From Malacoraja senta (Eukaryota), in NCBI GenBank assembly GCA_038087875.1, contig CM075990.1:10788001-10852000 (forward strand): DNA of 64,000 nt, given 5' to 3'. Position 1 is the first letter of the stretch, and the number at the start of each line of letters is the position of its first letter. A model generated the notes under the pieces. It was not told the DNA's origin. It saw nothing but the letters and a program-made list of their open reading frames with translations, and did not search any database. Position numbers and translations under genes: made by a program. This document shows, piece by piece, positions 15,601 through 30,600 of this stretch.

Positions 15601-18600
15601 TGAAGGAGAAAGATTCAGCCAAAGAAGTTGGTGTAGTATATATAGTGGAGCAACTAAAACAATGCAGAGAGCAGGAAGACAAATGAAATGACAGCTAGTT
15701 GCAAATTTGAACAATGTAGCTCGTGATATAATAAATTAACGAGCAGATTATATATAACAAGTGGATAAAATACCTTGGTGCTATGTATTTTTGAGATTAT
15801 ACATTATGTCACATCATATTATTTAATGATATTAAATAATGAAAGGGGCAGTGTAAATCTGTTGTTCCCCAAAGTATGAGCTATTACATTCATCGTTAAA
15901 ATCTAAAGATAACACTCGAGCCATTTAAAAAATAAAACATAAATGGCAAGGTTTCTTCCCCCTCAAAGCTAGCTGAACTCGCCTTCCTGTGACAGGGCAA
16001 ATACTTTCCATTGATCAGAATAAATCTTCTTGCGAACTAAGGATATCCTAAGTTCATCCAATATACCTGTTTGTAACAAAAAATAAATCTTGGTGGGCAG
16101 CGAGAGAAGGAATTGTAATTTAAATGATCTTGCAGTTCACCATGCCTACAACAGCTCTAGGACCCTTTAAATTCCAGTCGTGCCAATGAGAGTGGCGTGT
16201 ACCCATTATACTGATTCAAGAGATTCAAGATTTTATCCCAATGTTATATTGCGACAGATCTATACCAAACAGTATGGAAGCCCTGGGTCGAGAGTTGGAT
16301 AAAAGCTTGGACTCAATAGAAAGGACCTGGCTCAACTAGGTTCCTGGTGGCATGACCCCAGGGCCTTCTGCAACCAGGAAGTGGGTCTCAGGGCAATGCT
16401 GAAGGCACTTCCTATGACCACCACCCAACAGAAAGCTTCAAAAAAAGTAGTTGGGGCACTGTTGGAGATTTCTAGTCCTCTGTTGTTTTAAGGGAAAACT
16501 GACATCCCACATTGATGCCAAACAAGGCTGTTTTCCTTTGAAACACAGAATGTTCCATACTACACTGAACTGTTTAGAATCGTGTCTAAAAGATGCATGG
16601 CATGATATTATACTTCAGGTGGTTCGGAAAATACTCATGAATAATGGACACAATCATTTAATCAACTGCTATTAATCACATGAGGAATTAAAAGGTTTGA
16701 ATGGGATGAAATTATAAAAATTACATTTTATATTTCAGCAAACAAATTCTTCATTGCAGAATTTATCCCCCAAAAAATGCAGATTATATTTTTAAAATGC
16801 AAAGACAGTCTCAGGAGTTTTATGAAATAATTAAGTATTACAAAGCACCGACCTCACTGCTGAGAGCTGTAAATTTGCACAGGGAAATAATAAGATTGTC
16901 AAACACATCACTTAGTCCATAATGAGCTGAAATCATGGCGCATTTCCTGCAGAGGAGAAGGAAAATGATCATTAACATATCAACTCAATATTGCTCTAAC
17001 GACACAAAAGGGTAAAAAGCATTGAGTTATAATTTGATCTTATATTTATTGGTAGATGGTCTTAATAGGGTTTGTGTAATTCTAAGGAAATACAGGTTTC
17101 GACAAATAAATCTGTTACAACTTCAGTGAACAATGTCGATGAGCACAGGTATAAGGATACCCAAATTAACCAGCTTTCTACTTTCTCAAATTATCAAAGT
17201 ACTAATTTAAGAAAAAGCAATGACTAAGGGGAAAAAAAAAATCAAGAGCTCATCCAAATCCATCCCAATTGTTCTACTTGAGAGGCATTGATCACCAAAG
17301 TCATTCTAAATTATTGAAGATTAACTGCAACTATGACTTTTAAATAACACTCAACAGAATGGGAATCAACTCAAGTTAAGAATAACCACCAAAGGAATCC
17401 AACCCACATTAGAAAAAGCAATAAAGTTGATTCAAGTCAAAGATAAATCAACATGCTTCACTTTGTTGAAAATCTTAATTTTGATATCGAACACACACAA
17501 AAACCTAGGCTATCACTATTCTGCACAGAATTAATTCCATTATGATTACACTCTTAGCACCCATGTTCTATACACACCCTTCTGCTGCCAAGCATAAAAC
17601 TTGTTTTCAATCAGAGATTTTTCCTGTACACATTAATATTAAAACATATAATTGATTAGCATTTGGTAATATTTTACCTGAATCCAGATATTGCCTTCTG
17701 TATTATTGTTTCATCTAAACTCTTGTCAAAAACATAGGAAAGTGCAGCTATAGTAGGACCCCACGTCATGGTGAATAGGTCATGATCAAAGCTTCCTGGA
17801 GGCACATGGAGGAAGATGCCTTCTGACGAGTTCCCACGATTCAAAAGTACATTCCATATATAGTTTTCTCTCACAAAACCCGTTTGTTCCTCAGGCATCA
17901 CAATCTCATCATTCCTAAGGTATAACAACGTTTTTCTTTCAGATATTTGAATTGCACAGAGAGCTGTTATAACATTTGATTCTGTGAATTTAGTTTGAGT
18001 CTCTTTTTCTAATCTGCACTTTATCTACAATGGTAAACTTATTACTTTCTTTAAATATTGCGCATGAGGAAAAGATATTCTGGTGACGTGCATTTTTGAT
18101 TTTCTGTACTACTGTCAGCTTTTGTCAGTAAATTAGGTATAGTTAACATTTGTGCAGTTCAAAAGAAATCCCCAAAGAAATATTTCAACATCAAATTTGA
18201 TCATAAAATCTAGTTTCTGTTCAAATAAAAAAGCTATAATTACAAATGTAACATCTAATTACCACATTGTATGATTTTATAACCTTACCATCTCTTTAAT
18301 CCCATTTGTCTTTTATTTTCCATTAGTTAGTATTTTGATTAACAGTAACAAACAAAAGTTAATTAATAAAGATTAGAAAGATATGATCAAGAAATACGAG
18401 TATTCCACTGAGTAAGTGTACCATCTGCTGTGATACCGAGTTACAAGATGAAAAACCAATTCCTCAGAATTGTTCACAAGATTTGTTGATAGGGATCAAC
18501 TTTTTCCTTATAAAGATCACTCCAACATGCCTTTCAGATTTCAGTCTCCAGAGATAAATGGACCATATGTACTGGTAAAAATCTGAGAATCCCATTCAAT

Positions 18601-21600
18601 AACAATAAATTAACTAATCAGTAGCAATAAGCCAATAACCTTGGTCACCTGTTCACGTACAGCTGCTTTTGAATTGCTGCCTTTTTTTAAATGTTAAAGC
18701 TTGTTTCAATGTCATCGTCTTTTACATTTGCTGTTTCCCAAATTCACATAAATTAGTATCCTGACGAGTAAATTATGCATCTCTCCAAAATAGAAAGTAA
18801 TTAATTGAATGTAAAAGTCTTTTGTTTGCTCAGAAAATGTGATCTTGATTAATAACTGCTTTTTTCTTTCTTTCTAGTTACTTTTGGAAATATGAAATGA
18901 TCCCATGAATCAGATACACTTTCCATTCATCACCATTTCTTATTTAAATTGAAGTTTTTTAACACTGAATCCATGTAAAACTAACTTTAAATAATGAACA
19001 TCATAATTTTCCATAATAAAGCAACCAAGAAAAATGTGGAAACGTTCTGGATCTCAGGCAGTTCGAGCTTAATTTTTGAACTAGCTAACCCATTGTTACA
19101 GTGAATTAAAACAACATCTCTAAAGATCTTTTTGGCTCAAATTGGATAGACTGGATGTGGAGAAGATGTTTCCACTAGTGGGAGAGTCTAGGACTAGTTA
19201 TAGCCTCAGAATTAAAGGGCATTCCTTTAGGAAGGAGGTGAGAAGGAATTTCTTTAATCAGAGGGTGGTGAATCTGTGGATTTTTTTGCATGATTCTTCT
19301 GTGATCTGGCACCAGTCTGGCCTCAATTAATTTTGATTAATTAACTCTATTCTGTCGCAATCATTTCCAAAACCTGAATTGCAAATATCGTTTTATAAAA
19401 TGAAGCGCAGTTACTCACTGCCTGTAGCTCACTCAATAGATTGTTATTAAAACTAAATATATTAAGGAAACTAAAGCTGACAAGGTGAAATATTTTCTTT
19501 AACAAACTTACTTTATTCCATTGTAGATGTCTTCTAACATATCTTGGTCAAAATCTTTGGAGCCATTAACTCCTTTCAAATTCTTTTTGAATTGCTACAA
19601 AGAGAAAGATCACAAAGCAAATTATGATCAAGAATTTATAGTATGATCGCATGATAATTAACAGCACCTTTAATCAGTAGAGAAGACAAAAGGATGGATG
19701 GAAAGTCAAAAATCACAAATTCACATTGGCATTGAAAATAATCAATCACTATCCTTACTAAAATTATCATGAGATATAACTAGTGCTGGTACATATTTTA
19801 ACATTCAGTTTATTAAACTGATTTCAGCGAATAGGTCAAGTAGACTATCTGATGAAACACAGTATGATCCATGGAATCTAAAGGGATTTAAAGGTTTATT
19901 TTACAGTGAACATATAATTACTGTTGACTTTTGCCAAAAGGCTTGTTTCACTTCAAGTTTTAAAAGGTTGACTTTGAGACATCAGTCAAATGTAAAGTTT
20001 CTTCCTTCAGAAAGTAATGAACATTTTATTTAATGGCATAATTAATTACCTTCCAAAATCAGGACAAACCCTTTCTATCAATATGAAGTTCAGAAGCTAT
20101 ATCCTAAAATGTCCCATTTCTAAAAACCTTTACTTTAATCTGTTTATGGAACTGTGATCCATGCAAATTTACTGCCCAATGCTTATGCCAAAAGATTGAT
20201 CGATTGTAATTGATTGGGTCCAAAACACATTGGCCTGAACATGGGAAAGGTATGATATGAATACCTTTAAACTGAAGACATTACCAGCCAAATTCAGTTG
20301 AAAAAATACCTCAAATTGATAATATGAGATGCAGAAACACTGATTAATTTATGCCATTGAAATTAGGAAAATCAATTTTGAGAACCACACTGCAAAATAT
20401 GATCATCTTCAAATATATATATATTTTTTAAACCAGCTACATTGCAGTGTTATTAAATTAAATCTCAAGGCAGCTTTCAAATTACCCTGCCACGAACAGG
20501 CATTAATTTATCATGAATGTTGAGAAGTATTGCATGCCTAACTGCTTTAAACCCAAGTCATTAATGCGAGTGATTTCTATTATGGCAACGGCAACAAGAT
20601 ACCAATTGGTTAAGTGGTCCTTAAAATCTTAATTAAACATCAAACCCTTAGGGGATATTTAAGGACCCTTTTGTTAAAATAATAATAGCAATTTAAAATG
20701 GATAGAATCAGGTAGGTGGCCTTAATCTGTCATGATATGGTACTATTTTCTCAACAGCCTCACACAAACTATAAAAATCAAGGCAGGGAATAATATTTAA
20801 CAGTCAATTAAACAATTTTATAATATATCCTGTACAGGAAAGAGATTATATTTTCAGTAACAAAGCACCTAACAAAGCACCAATATTAAAAATTACCACC
20901 ATAATTTGTCTTTTATCAAAACAAAGCTAATAATGCTGAAGACATCAAACACGGTCAAAATGTGGCAACATTGAACCCATGCAAGTGCTCATCACTGAAC
21001 CTTAGGAGCTTTGACCACCTAACGTTGAAATTTCGGTTCAGCACCATTGCTAAAACTCTCACCCTCAATAGCAAATGGGGTCACCATTGTAATCAGAACC
21101 TTAACTGTACCTGCTACATAAATGTGATAGTTTGAAAAGCAGGTTAGAAGCTGGGTGCCCTTGCAAAGGTGCATCACCTGACGACTCAACACCCTTTCAC
21201 TCCCAACCAGGCACAGATTAATGTGTAGAAAATGTTCTACACCTGATTGAGTATAATTCCAAAGTCAGTCATGCACAAAATCAAATGCTAATACTGAAAA
21301 TGGTGGGAGGAGTGGTTTCAAAAAGAATATGTGCGGATTATGACATGATTACTATGGCTCAATCATAAAAGCTAATGACGCAGGTCTCATGTAGGCGTTG
21401 TTCTGAGATTGAACAGTAAACCCTTTCATCTTTGTCTTGTGTCTTTACATTCTTATTATTACATCAATTAATAATGCAATGTAATAGTGAGGAGTAAATA
21501 TTTTCAAAACTGATTCACCAAAGCTCCTGAAATACCTACCTCCAGTGTCATCGGCACATTTTGCTTACGAACGTTGTGATTATGCTGATCCGTATTGAGC

Positions 21601-24600
21601 ATTATTACAGCATAAGCAAGCGCAAAGCAGGCATCGTTGTTAACAAATGGTGATCCATTAATTTTCTGTACAGAGTAAGAGACAAATGTAGAGATTTACC
21701 ACTCAGTAAATGCGAAAACTGGTTCAACTGTATAATTTTCAATTAGTATCAACGTGCAGATAACCAGGTGAATAAACGTTGAGACACAAACATATACAAG
21801 TTTCCTCTTCTCCTTCCATGGTGTCAATGACATTTTTTTTTAATGACTTTTTGATTGCAACCAGGTGGAGTAACAGGGAAAAACAAATCTTACAACGAGA
21901 AAACACATTGATTAAAATCTAAATCTAAATCCATATATTAAAATTAATCAAAATCAATTCAAATTAAATGTTTTGTGAAATACTGCAAGCTCTTTTAAAA
22001 TGATTTTCATCAGAATTAAAATTTTGAATTTATCACCTCTGAATTAAAAGGCTATCAAAATATTTTCTCCGTTTTCCCCAAATCTTTTGCATTATTGCTC
22101 TCAGCTAAGAATATAACGTGCAAAGATATATAATGTATCGTCTTTCTGCTGACTGGATAGCACACAACAAACTTTTCACTGTACCTCGGTACACGTGACA
22201 ATAATAAACTAAAACTACAGATAAAATACCCCTCTGTTCTCCACCAAAGCTGCAATTAAATCAAGAGAACACGTTCTTGAGCGTCTCTTGTAGTAAAGCA
22301 TCTCCATTAGTAACACAGGGACTAGCTTTCCACAGCGGGAACTTTTGCCACTCTTAAAATATAACCATGGATCTCCAATCGCTGCTACTAATAATTAATT
22401 TAGCAAAAATCTGCCAACAATCATTCTGCAAGGAACACCAACAGCAGAGATGAATAGTACACAAATGGTCTCCAAAGTGCTGTTAGTTGTTGCTGAACAG
22501 TAGCTGTACATTATTATTCCTCAGAATTATTTTTACATATCCATAATTTATTACATTTTTATTTTGTTTTTGAAGTACATACATGCCAATGATCTGTGAA
22601 GACTTCTAATAATCTGTGAATTACAGGGGCTTCACCAGGAAGTCTGAAAGCTTCTAGATATGAGCGCAGTGCTTCATCAATTCTCAATCCTTGGAATGTA
22701 AATGTCCTAATTTTAAAATAAGAGCACAAATTATCAACATAGCCTCTTTACAATTTGAAAAAGAGTTTCACTGACTGTTAATTTCACTGCAATAGTCAAC
22801 ATAATCCCAACGTTAGTAATTTTAGACCACTTATAAAACCCACACTTTTCTCAAATAAACAAAATGAGAATAACTGAAATCTACTTATAAACTAAACAAA
22901 ACATCTAAAAGGGCAGAAAAGTTGTACCTTCCTCATATAATTATTGATGCAGATACTGGAGAAGGATCAGCCAAATATTACATGCAAAACAGAGAATTGG
23001 TTGTGTGGTGGGCTTACTTCAATGGAAATGCAAAAAAAGTAACGATGATAAACGAAACAGGCCATTGCCAGACCAAGGAAACAGGTAGCTGGGGCTACCT
23101 GAAGTGAGAGAAATTAATATTCATACCACTGGTTTCTCTCACTTCAAGGAGCCCCGGCATTCCTTCTCTTTCTATCCCTCCCCCACCCAATTCGCACTAG
23201 CTTCTCATTTTCACCCAACAAACAGCTTATAATGTTTTAAAGAAGGAACTGCAGATGCTGGAAAATCGAAGGTACACAAAAATGCTGGAGAAACTCAGCG
23301 GGTGCAGCAGCATCTATGGAGCGAAGGAAATAGGCAACGTTTCGGGCCGAAACCCTCATGGCCTGTTTCCTTTATCATTGTTACTTTTTTTGCATATCTT
23401 TCATTCATTGTCCTTTATCTCTTCACATCACCGTCTATATCTCTCGGTTCCCTTATCCCTAACCAGTCTGAAGAAGGGTCTTGACCCAAAACGTCACCAT
23501 TCCTTCTCTCCAGAGATGCTGGCTGTCCCGCTGAGTTACTCCAGCTTTTTGTGTCTATCTTCGGTTTAAACTAGCATCTGCAGTTCCTACTTAAACTAAG
23601 GGCCAAATGAGAATCTTTTTCTAATCACATATAAATTAGTTCTCAGTCTTTAACAAACATTGATGTGGAATTATGATATATATTGTGTAATTTTGGAATA
23701 AATTTGAAGCGATTACTCAAAGCCAACATTTAATGTTAACGGATCAGAAAGTGCACAAAAATTTCAAAGACAATTTCTCCAAACACCTTAACTCTTGGAT
23801 CAGATTGTTAAATAAGCACCAAAGGAAAACATATGTTTCTGGGAAAAGATGAACACAATTATTACTGGGAAGCCAGCTAAATCATTTGACCCAAATAAAT
23901 GCAAAATATATATTTATCATTGAAATTGGAGAAATGGATTCCATCCGGGTTATGACATTAACAACAATTGTATACCATGCACTGAAAAACTCAAAACTGG
24001 TTTTGTTAAACAATAATTAATTATGTTTGTAAGGAAATAAGTATTTGATACAATTAATAGTTATCCCCTCCCCTAAAACCTCAGCTTTGGTGGATCAAGC
24101 TAGCAGATCACTGTACTAATCATTGCACTCATAATGCTAAATAACAGTCAATAAACATTTTTACTTTTGACCCTTTCCCCAGGGATATCCACTTAATATT
24201 TTTCATATTATGTTACTCATTGTACTGAAATTATTTTTCTAAAGATGTTTTGAAAATGCATTTCAATACCCAACAAAACTGTCCAGAAGTTCAATACTTT
24301 TCCGATCACTGATAAACTCGCCAATCATTTTCTTGTCCAGGCGTGGATTTTCCCGCAGCCACTGAGCTACCTCGCGATTATCCATGGGAGATGCAAGCAA
24401 GCCCTTTTCCTGAAGAAACTGAATGCCTTTCTTTGGTTTCTGGTTAAATTGTTCCGTTCCAGTGATAAGAAGCTTGTGAAGAAAAAAGATACAAAAACAT
24501 GATACGATTTTTTGAAGTGCTTAGAGGTGCTTATATCTTCCAAAATTAAAGAGCCACATTTTATTAACATTAAATATTTAAGACAATTCATAGTAATCTC

Positions 24601-27600
24601 ATTAACAGAGTGGTCTCACACCTGTTCTTTCAGATTAAGGAAGAGCAGAAATGGGGGTGAACAGTAGCGACCCAGATGCCTCAAGGCAAAACTGCAATTG
24701 GTAGGCGAATGGAAAGTATTGCGCAGGAAGCCAGTATCAGAGGAATGTGGAGTTTACAGGGATCAGGTGTATGGCTAATGCAATACACAGCAATATGGAG
24801 AGGGAGAGAGAGAGAGATAGCCATAAAAATGGATTTATTCATTTGTGTTTTTACCACCACCAAGAAAGATAACAGGCACTTTATGCATGTTCCATGTTAT
24901 TACCATTGGATACATTTCACTCAGAAGCACAGGCTGTAAACTCTGAAGAGTTTCCTTCACTGTGTTCCAAACTCAAGGGCTTGTCCCATTTAGGCGTCTT
25001 TTTAGACGAGTGCAGGAGACTGCGCTCGCCTCATGATCGCCACATGGTCGCCACATGTTCGCTGGTGGTCTCTGGCGAGTCTCCTTCATGGTCGCGAGGA
25101 GTTCCCACATTCTGGGAACTAGTCGGAGCCTCAGTATGGTCGGTGCATATTTTTCAACATGTTGAAACATTTTCTGCGGCCAAAAATTGGTAGCCATGGA
25201 GAAAATCGATAATCCTGTAGTCGTAGGTGCAGTTGTAGTGGGGTCGCCATGTAGTTATGGGTAGTCGAGGTAGTTGTAGGTAGTTTTAGTTATTTGTCTT
25301 TGCTGACCGGGCATTTTCAATGGTCATTGGGGGAAAAAAAACATAAGCACGAGTTTTCAGAACCAAGGATAACCAACCGGTAATGTTAAATGCCAAACTT
25401 CACAGCTGTGTATCTCTGGCTTATTAAAAGTTGTCTGACTTCTTAAAAGTGTCTCCACTCCTTCTCTCTCCTCTTTTAAAGGACTTACCGTACACTGTGC
25501 TAGCCGTCTTAACCTTCCTGTTCATCATGGTGTGTGTCTGTATCACCTTGGCTTTGGACCGTGTGAATTTCAGACAGCACTCCCCCGCTTTCCCTAGCCC
25601 CCGCCTTTGCGGGTGGGTGCGGGTGTGCGTGTGCGTGTTCTCCACTGACAGTCGCCGTTCCAGTTCCCGGTTTTTCAGGGGAGTGCCGCGAACTTGACAG
25701 TCGCTGGCAGTCCGCTGAAAAATCGCCTAAGTGGGACAGGCCCTTCAGGTTCATTTGAGGGAAGCAAATGTAAAGGAATACTGAATGCGTTGGCCCAGTT
25801 ACATAACTTACTTATGGTACTGTGAAAAAAGTATGAAAGAAGTCTAATAATGGAGCAAAAAGTAAAATCTCTCCAAATAGTAGACATATTTGGAAGAAAG
25901 TTTGAAGTTGTAGGACTAAGACCAAGGCAACGATTGCCACAATTCATCCGCACCACACAAATTTACCCAAATGAATACAAGAATTACAAAGTCTAATTAA
26001 CTATTAATCCAATGTCAGTACTAATCCTGCCTTAACATGCCAAATCTTTTAAGCAGAGCAGTTGTCAACGAAGAAATGCAATTTCAGAAGCTTATGTGTA
26101 AATTGTAATGGGATATGCATATTATTCTGACCCAATATATGAAATGTTTACTCTCAAGTTAGTAATACATGTTCTCCTTTACCTTCTTCTTGCCTTTTAT
26201 CTTCAACAATTCTTGAGCAGTTGGTAGGAAAGAAGAGAATCGAGGTGGCTTCTTCGGCGTCTTCTTCTCCACTATAATTAAGCACCAGAATTTATTAACA
26301 TTGAAAGCTTGTCTATATACATGGTAAAGAATACATTTTAACATCTGGCTTTCTAGCTCTTTTCAAGCCATACAATAATAAAACAATCTGCAGAAAGGCT
26401 TTCAGCTTTATGCCTGAATTCTAATCTTAAAAATTATTTCTTTCTAATAAAGCATTGACAATTAAAAATACACACAGAATTTAAATGGTTCAAGATGGCA
26501 GTTCGCCAGCAAATCAAGGGGAATTTTAGATTGGCGATAAATGCCAGCAACATTGACATCTAGAAAAATGAAAAATAATTAATTACATGTGAAGAAGACA
26601 AAGTTGAACTTTTTCCATAAGTCATAGGAGCAGAATTAGGCTATTCGGCCCATCGAGTCTACTCCGCCATTCAATCATGCTGATCTATCCTTCCCTCCTT
26701 ACCCAATTCTCCTGCCATCTTCCCGTAGCCTTTGATACCCTTACTAATCAAGTACTTGGCAAGCTACCATTGTTGCTCCACTGTCATTCCCACTAGGTTT
26801 TATTTCCATTCAATTTTCACCAGCTCCTCCCTTATACCTCTGTCATTAACTTTACTCAACAATAATACCGACACAAATGATTTCATCTTCTCCCTCTCAA
26901 ACTGCAGTTTCAATTTTATCAAATTATGGACACTACTTCCTCGGGGGTTCCTTTACCTTAAACAAATCCAGTTCATGGCACAACAAATTCTGAATTGTAT
27001 TTTCCCGAGTAGGCTCAACGACAAGCTGCTCCAAGAAGCCACTCTACAAATTCCTTGTCTTCGGACCCAGTGCCAACCTGATTTTCCCAGTCTACCTGCA
27101 CATTGAAATCCCGCATGACCACGATAACATTGCCTTTTTTACATGCCAATTGCATATGCTAGTGTGAATTGTACCCTACATCCTAGCTACTGTATATAAC
27201 TTCCATCAGGGTATTTTTACACTTGCAGATTCTTAACTCTAACTACAAGGATTCTACATCTACTGATCCTACATCTACATCTACTGATCCTTGCTGAGGA
27301 TTGAATTTCATTCCTTATCAGCAGTCACCGCACCCATCTGCCTGTCTTTTTTTACGATAGGATATGTATCCTTCGATGTTCAGCTCTCAGTTCTGATCCT
27401 CATTTAGTCACATCTTAGTGAGCTCACAACGTTGCACCTGCCAATTTCTAACTGTGCAATAGGCTCCTCCACTTTTTTCCGTATACTACGTGCAATCAAA
27501 TATAACACCTTTAGTTCAGTATTCACCATCTCTCTTCTCAAATTGCTCCCCATTTTGCCTGAGCTTATAATCTTATTGCGTCTTAAACTTTCTGTCTTAT

Positions 27601-30600
27601 TACTTCTTCTGGAGACTTTAGTAACCTCTCCTGTGCTCCCTTTAACTTCATCCATACCTTTCCAATTTGCTGAACCCAAATTATTCTTTCAATTTATTTC
27701 ATTTCTGGAAACAGATTAGTGCTTACACAAAGGTTTACGACTATGGGAAGAAGATGCCACGCATGTCTCATCCAGTTTATAAACTCATATTTTCAGGTTT
27801 TTGAATAAAAGACACTTATTTTTTCATTCCTCTAAATTGTGGAATTACAATTAAATGTAGCAGCTTCATTACATCCTTACCAAAGACACTGATAAATTCA
27901 GCAAAGACCACAAATTAACCTCAGAGCCTACCATATCCACATCTCAACAGGATTATTTAGAATGTGCCAATTTTTTTATTTTACTCCAAGAGATTATGGA
28001 AATACAAGTCATCTAATCCTTAAACTATTCAATTACTTTTCCAAAAGGATCACACTAAGATTAAATTAAGATCTAACTCTCATTTATTCCAGCTAAATTA
28101 TATTTGCTTCACAAAGAAACTTCTCTTTGTTACTTCATATACTAAAAAGAGCTATACTACTGCCAGAAATGATAGAAAACTGATGAATACATTTTTGCAT
28201 GGGCTTCAAAAGACAGTTTCAAAGGGACCATGTTCTTTCGTAGAATATGACTCTTTTTTTGTTGCAAGATGAACCAAACAGGCAAGCGAAGAGAATCTCA
28301 GATTTCCCACCTGCAGGTTTATTGGCACGTTGGAGTTCTCAAGATGAAAATTACATTTATCTGTATCATAGAAAAACTTTTATACAACCAAGGAAGGTTT
28401 CCACCTACTGCATCTTTACCTGTTTCATTTTCCTCAAGTTGCCGACCTAGTTTCATTTTCTGAGCCATAAGGTGACCACTGGTAGGAGGATGAGGTAGTG
28501 ATGGTTCCACGTCTGAAGGAGCTGATGCAGCACTAACCCCTGCCCTTTCACTGCCTGCAGAGAAACAAAAGACAGCAAACTTCGATGACATTTTACTCAC
28601 AACCTCAGTGTTCAAAAAGAGCTTCACACCCAAATACATATGGACGATTTTCACTGTTGCACCATATCTAAAATTTATTCTGTAATAAATGGGCAGTGTA
28701 AGGTCCCGCAAAGACTGATGTGATAACTGGAGTCAAAAACTGCAGATGCTGGCAGTCTGAAACAAAAGCAGAAAATGGTAGAAGCTCTTAGCAGGCCAAA
28801 ACACCATTGTGAGAAAAGAACCAGAATCAATGTTTCATGTCAGGCATATGTTTCATGTCAGCAGAATTAGATAGCTGAGAAAACAAGACATTTTAATTTG
28901 CTGAGAGGGATGTTGCATACAGATGGTGCACATCCATAATTACATCCATTACATTTAAAAAAAACAGCATTTAAAAACAGAAGAGGGGGAGAAAAAAAAA
29001 TACAATCTCCAGCCATTTCAAGAGGGAGAACAATTGGTGGTTACCCAAAATGTCCAAATGCCAAGGATGCAACATGCCAAGGTGAAAGATGAGGTGCTCT
29101 TCTAGAAGCTTCTACCGAGTACATTGGTGGACTTAGTTGACAAAAGTAGAGAGATTGTGGTGGGAGTGGGATTGCAAAATAAAATGTCAGGTGACTGGAA
29201 ATTCAGGGTTGCCCTGTGAAGATGAACGATATATATTGAATGATAATCCACTGAACCTGGAGGCATATGGGTGGAAGCTGAGGGCAAGGGAGAACCTATC
29301 CTAATTCTGCTGGGAAGAGAGAGGGGGAAACCTCCTCCCTCGCATCCATCCAGGCACCCCAAGCAATCCTTCCCGATGAGACTGAGGTTCACATGCACCT
29401 CCTGTAACCTCATCTCCACATGTTCCTCATGTGGCCTCCTTTACATTGGTGAGGGAGAGGGTGGACCAGGCGACTGCTTATTGAATCGCCCAATTTGGTA
29501 ACTATTTTAACTCCTTATCCCATTCCCGTGCTGACCTTTCTGTCCTGGGCCTCCTCCATTGCCAGAGTGAAGCAACACGGAAACTCAAGGGACAGCCCCA
29601 TATATTCCACTTGGGTAGCTTACAACTTAATGGCATAAACACTGAATTATTTAATTTTAGGTAACTAGCACCCCCCCCCCCCCCCTCCCCCTCTCCCTTC
29701 CTGGACTCGTGGCCATTTCTCCCCTCCCCTACACACCAACCTCTGGCTTCACAATTTGCAACTCTGCTATCCATTCCTCACACCTTTTGTCTTTTCATCT
29801 CTGGCTTTTGTCCAACCATCTGCCTCGCAAACCCCTCCCTCACCTGTATCCACCTATCACTTGCCAGGCTTTATCCTGCCCCCCCCTCCCACCCCACCAT
29901 TATAATCAGTCTGAAAAAAGGTCCTTACCCAAAACATCACCTATTCACGTTCTCCAGAGATGCTACCTGACCTGCTGAGTTACTCCAGCACTTTATATCT
30001 TTTTTGTAAATCAACGTCCGCAGTTCCTTGTTTGCACATTAAAGTATTGCACTTTGTCTTCTGTATGCACATTCCTTGAATTTAAAATTTCATTCCTTCT
30101 CTCCACAGGTTTAACTGCAATTTGTTTTTTCTTTTTTCCCTTCAATTTTTACCTGCTAATTTATACAATAGTTGTTACAACAGCTTCAGTCCACACCAAA
30201 TAACAGATATTCCTCTGTCCTCTCCTCTGCTCTTAGTTTACCACCTCCTTTGGAAGAACACCATTCTTTTAGTACATTGTATTATCAGTCTAAATCCTGT
30301 ATTCAGATCTCTGGAGTGCAACCAAATCATTAAACATCTAACTCAAGGGCATGGGTGCTTTCTTACAGCGACAAAGAATAAAGCATCTCAAAATTTCACA
30401 GAAACCACATGATGCAAAATTAATTATTTCCATCAACTGTATAGAAAATATATTTTTGTTTTCAATTAATTGGGCCGGTTTTCATTGAGATGCATTGTTT
30501 TCACTCACTGCTGTACTGCATTGATATGCATTGTCAGTTCCACAAAGGAAAACTCATTTGACCGAGAAGAGTCTTGAGCCGAGTGGAAAGACATTGAGGA

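Noticed and set aside
27253-28862. Small tandem duplications (ctacatctactgatc; atgtttcatgtcag)
   Set aside because: Ordinary slippage inside decayed repeats
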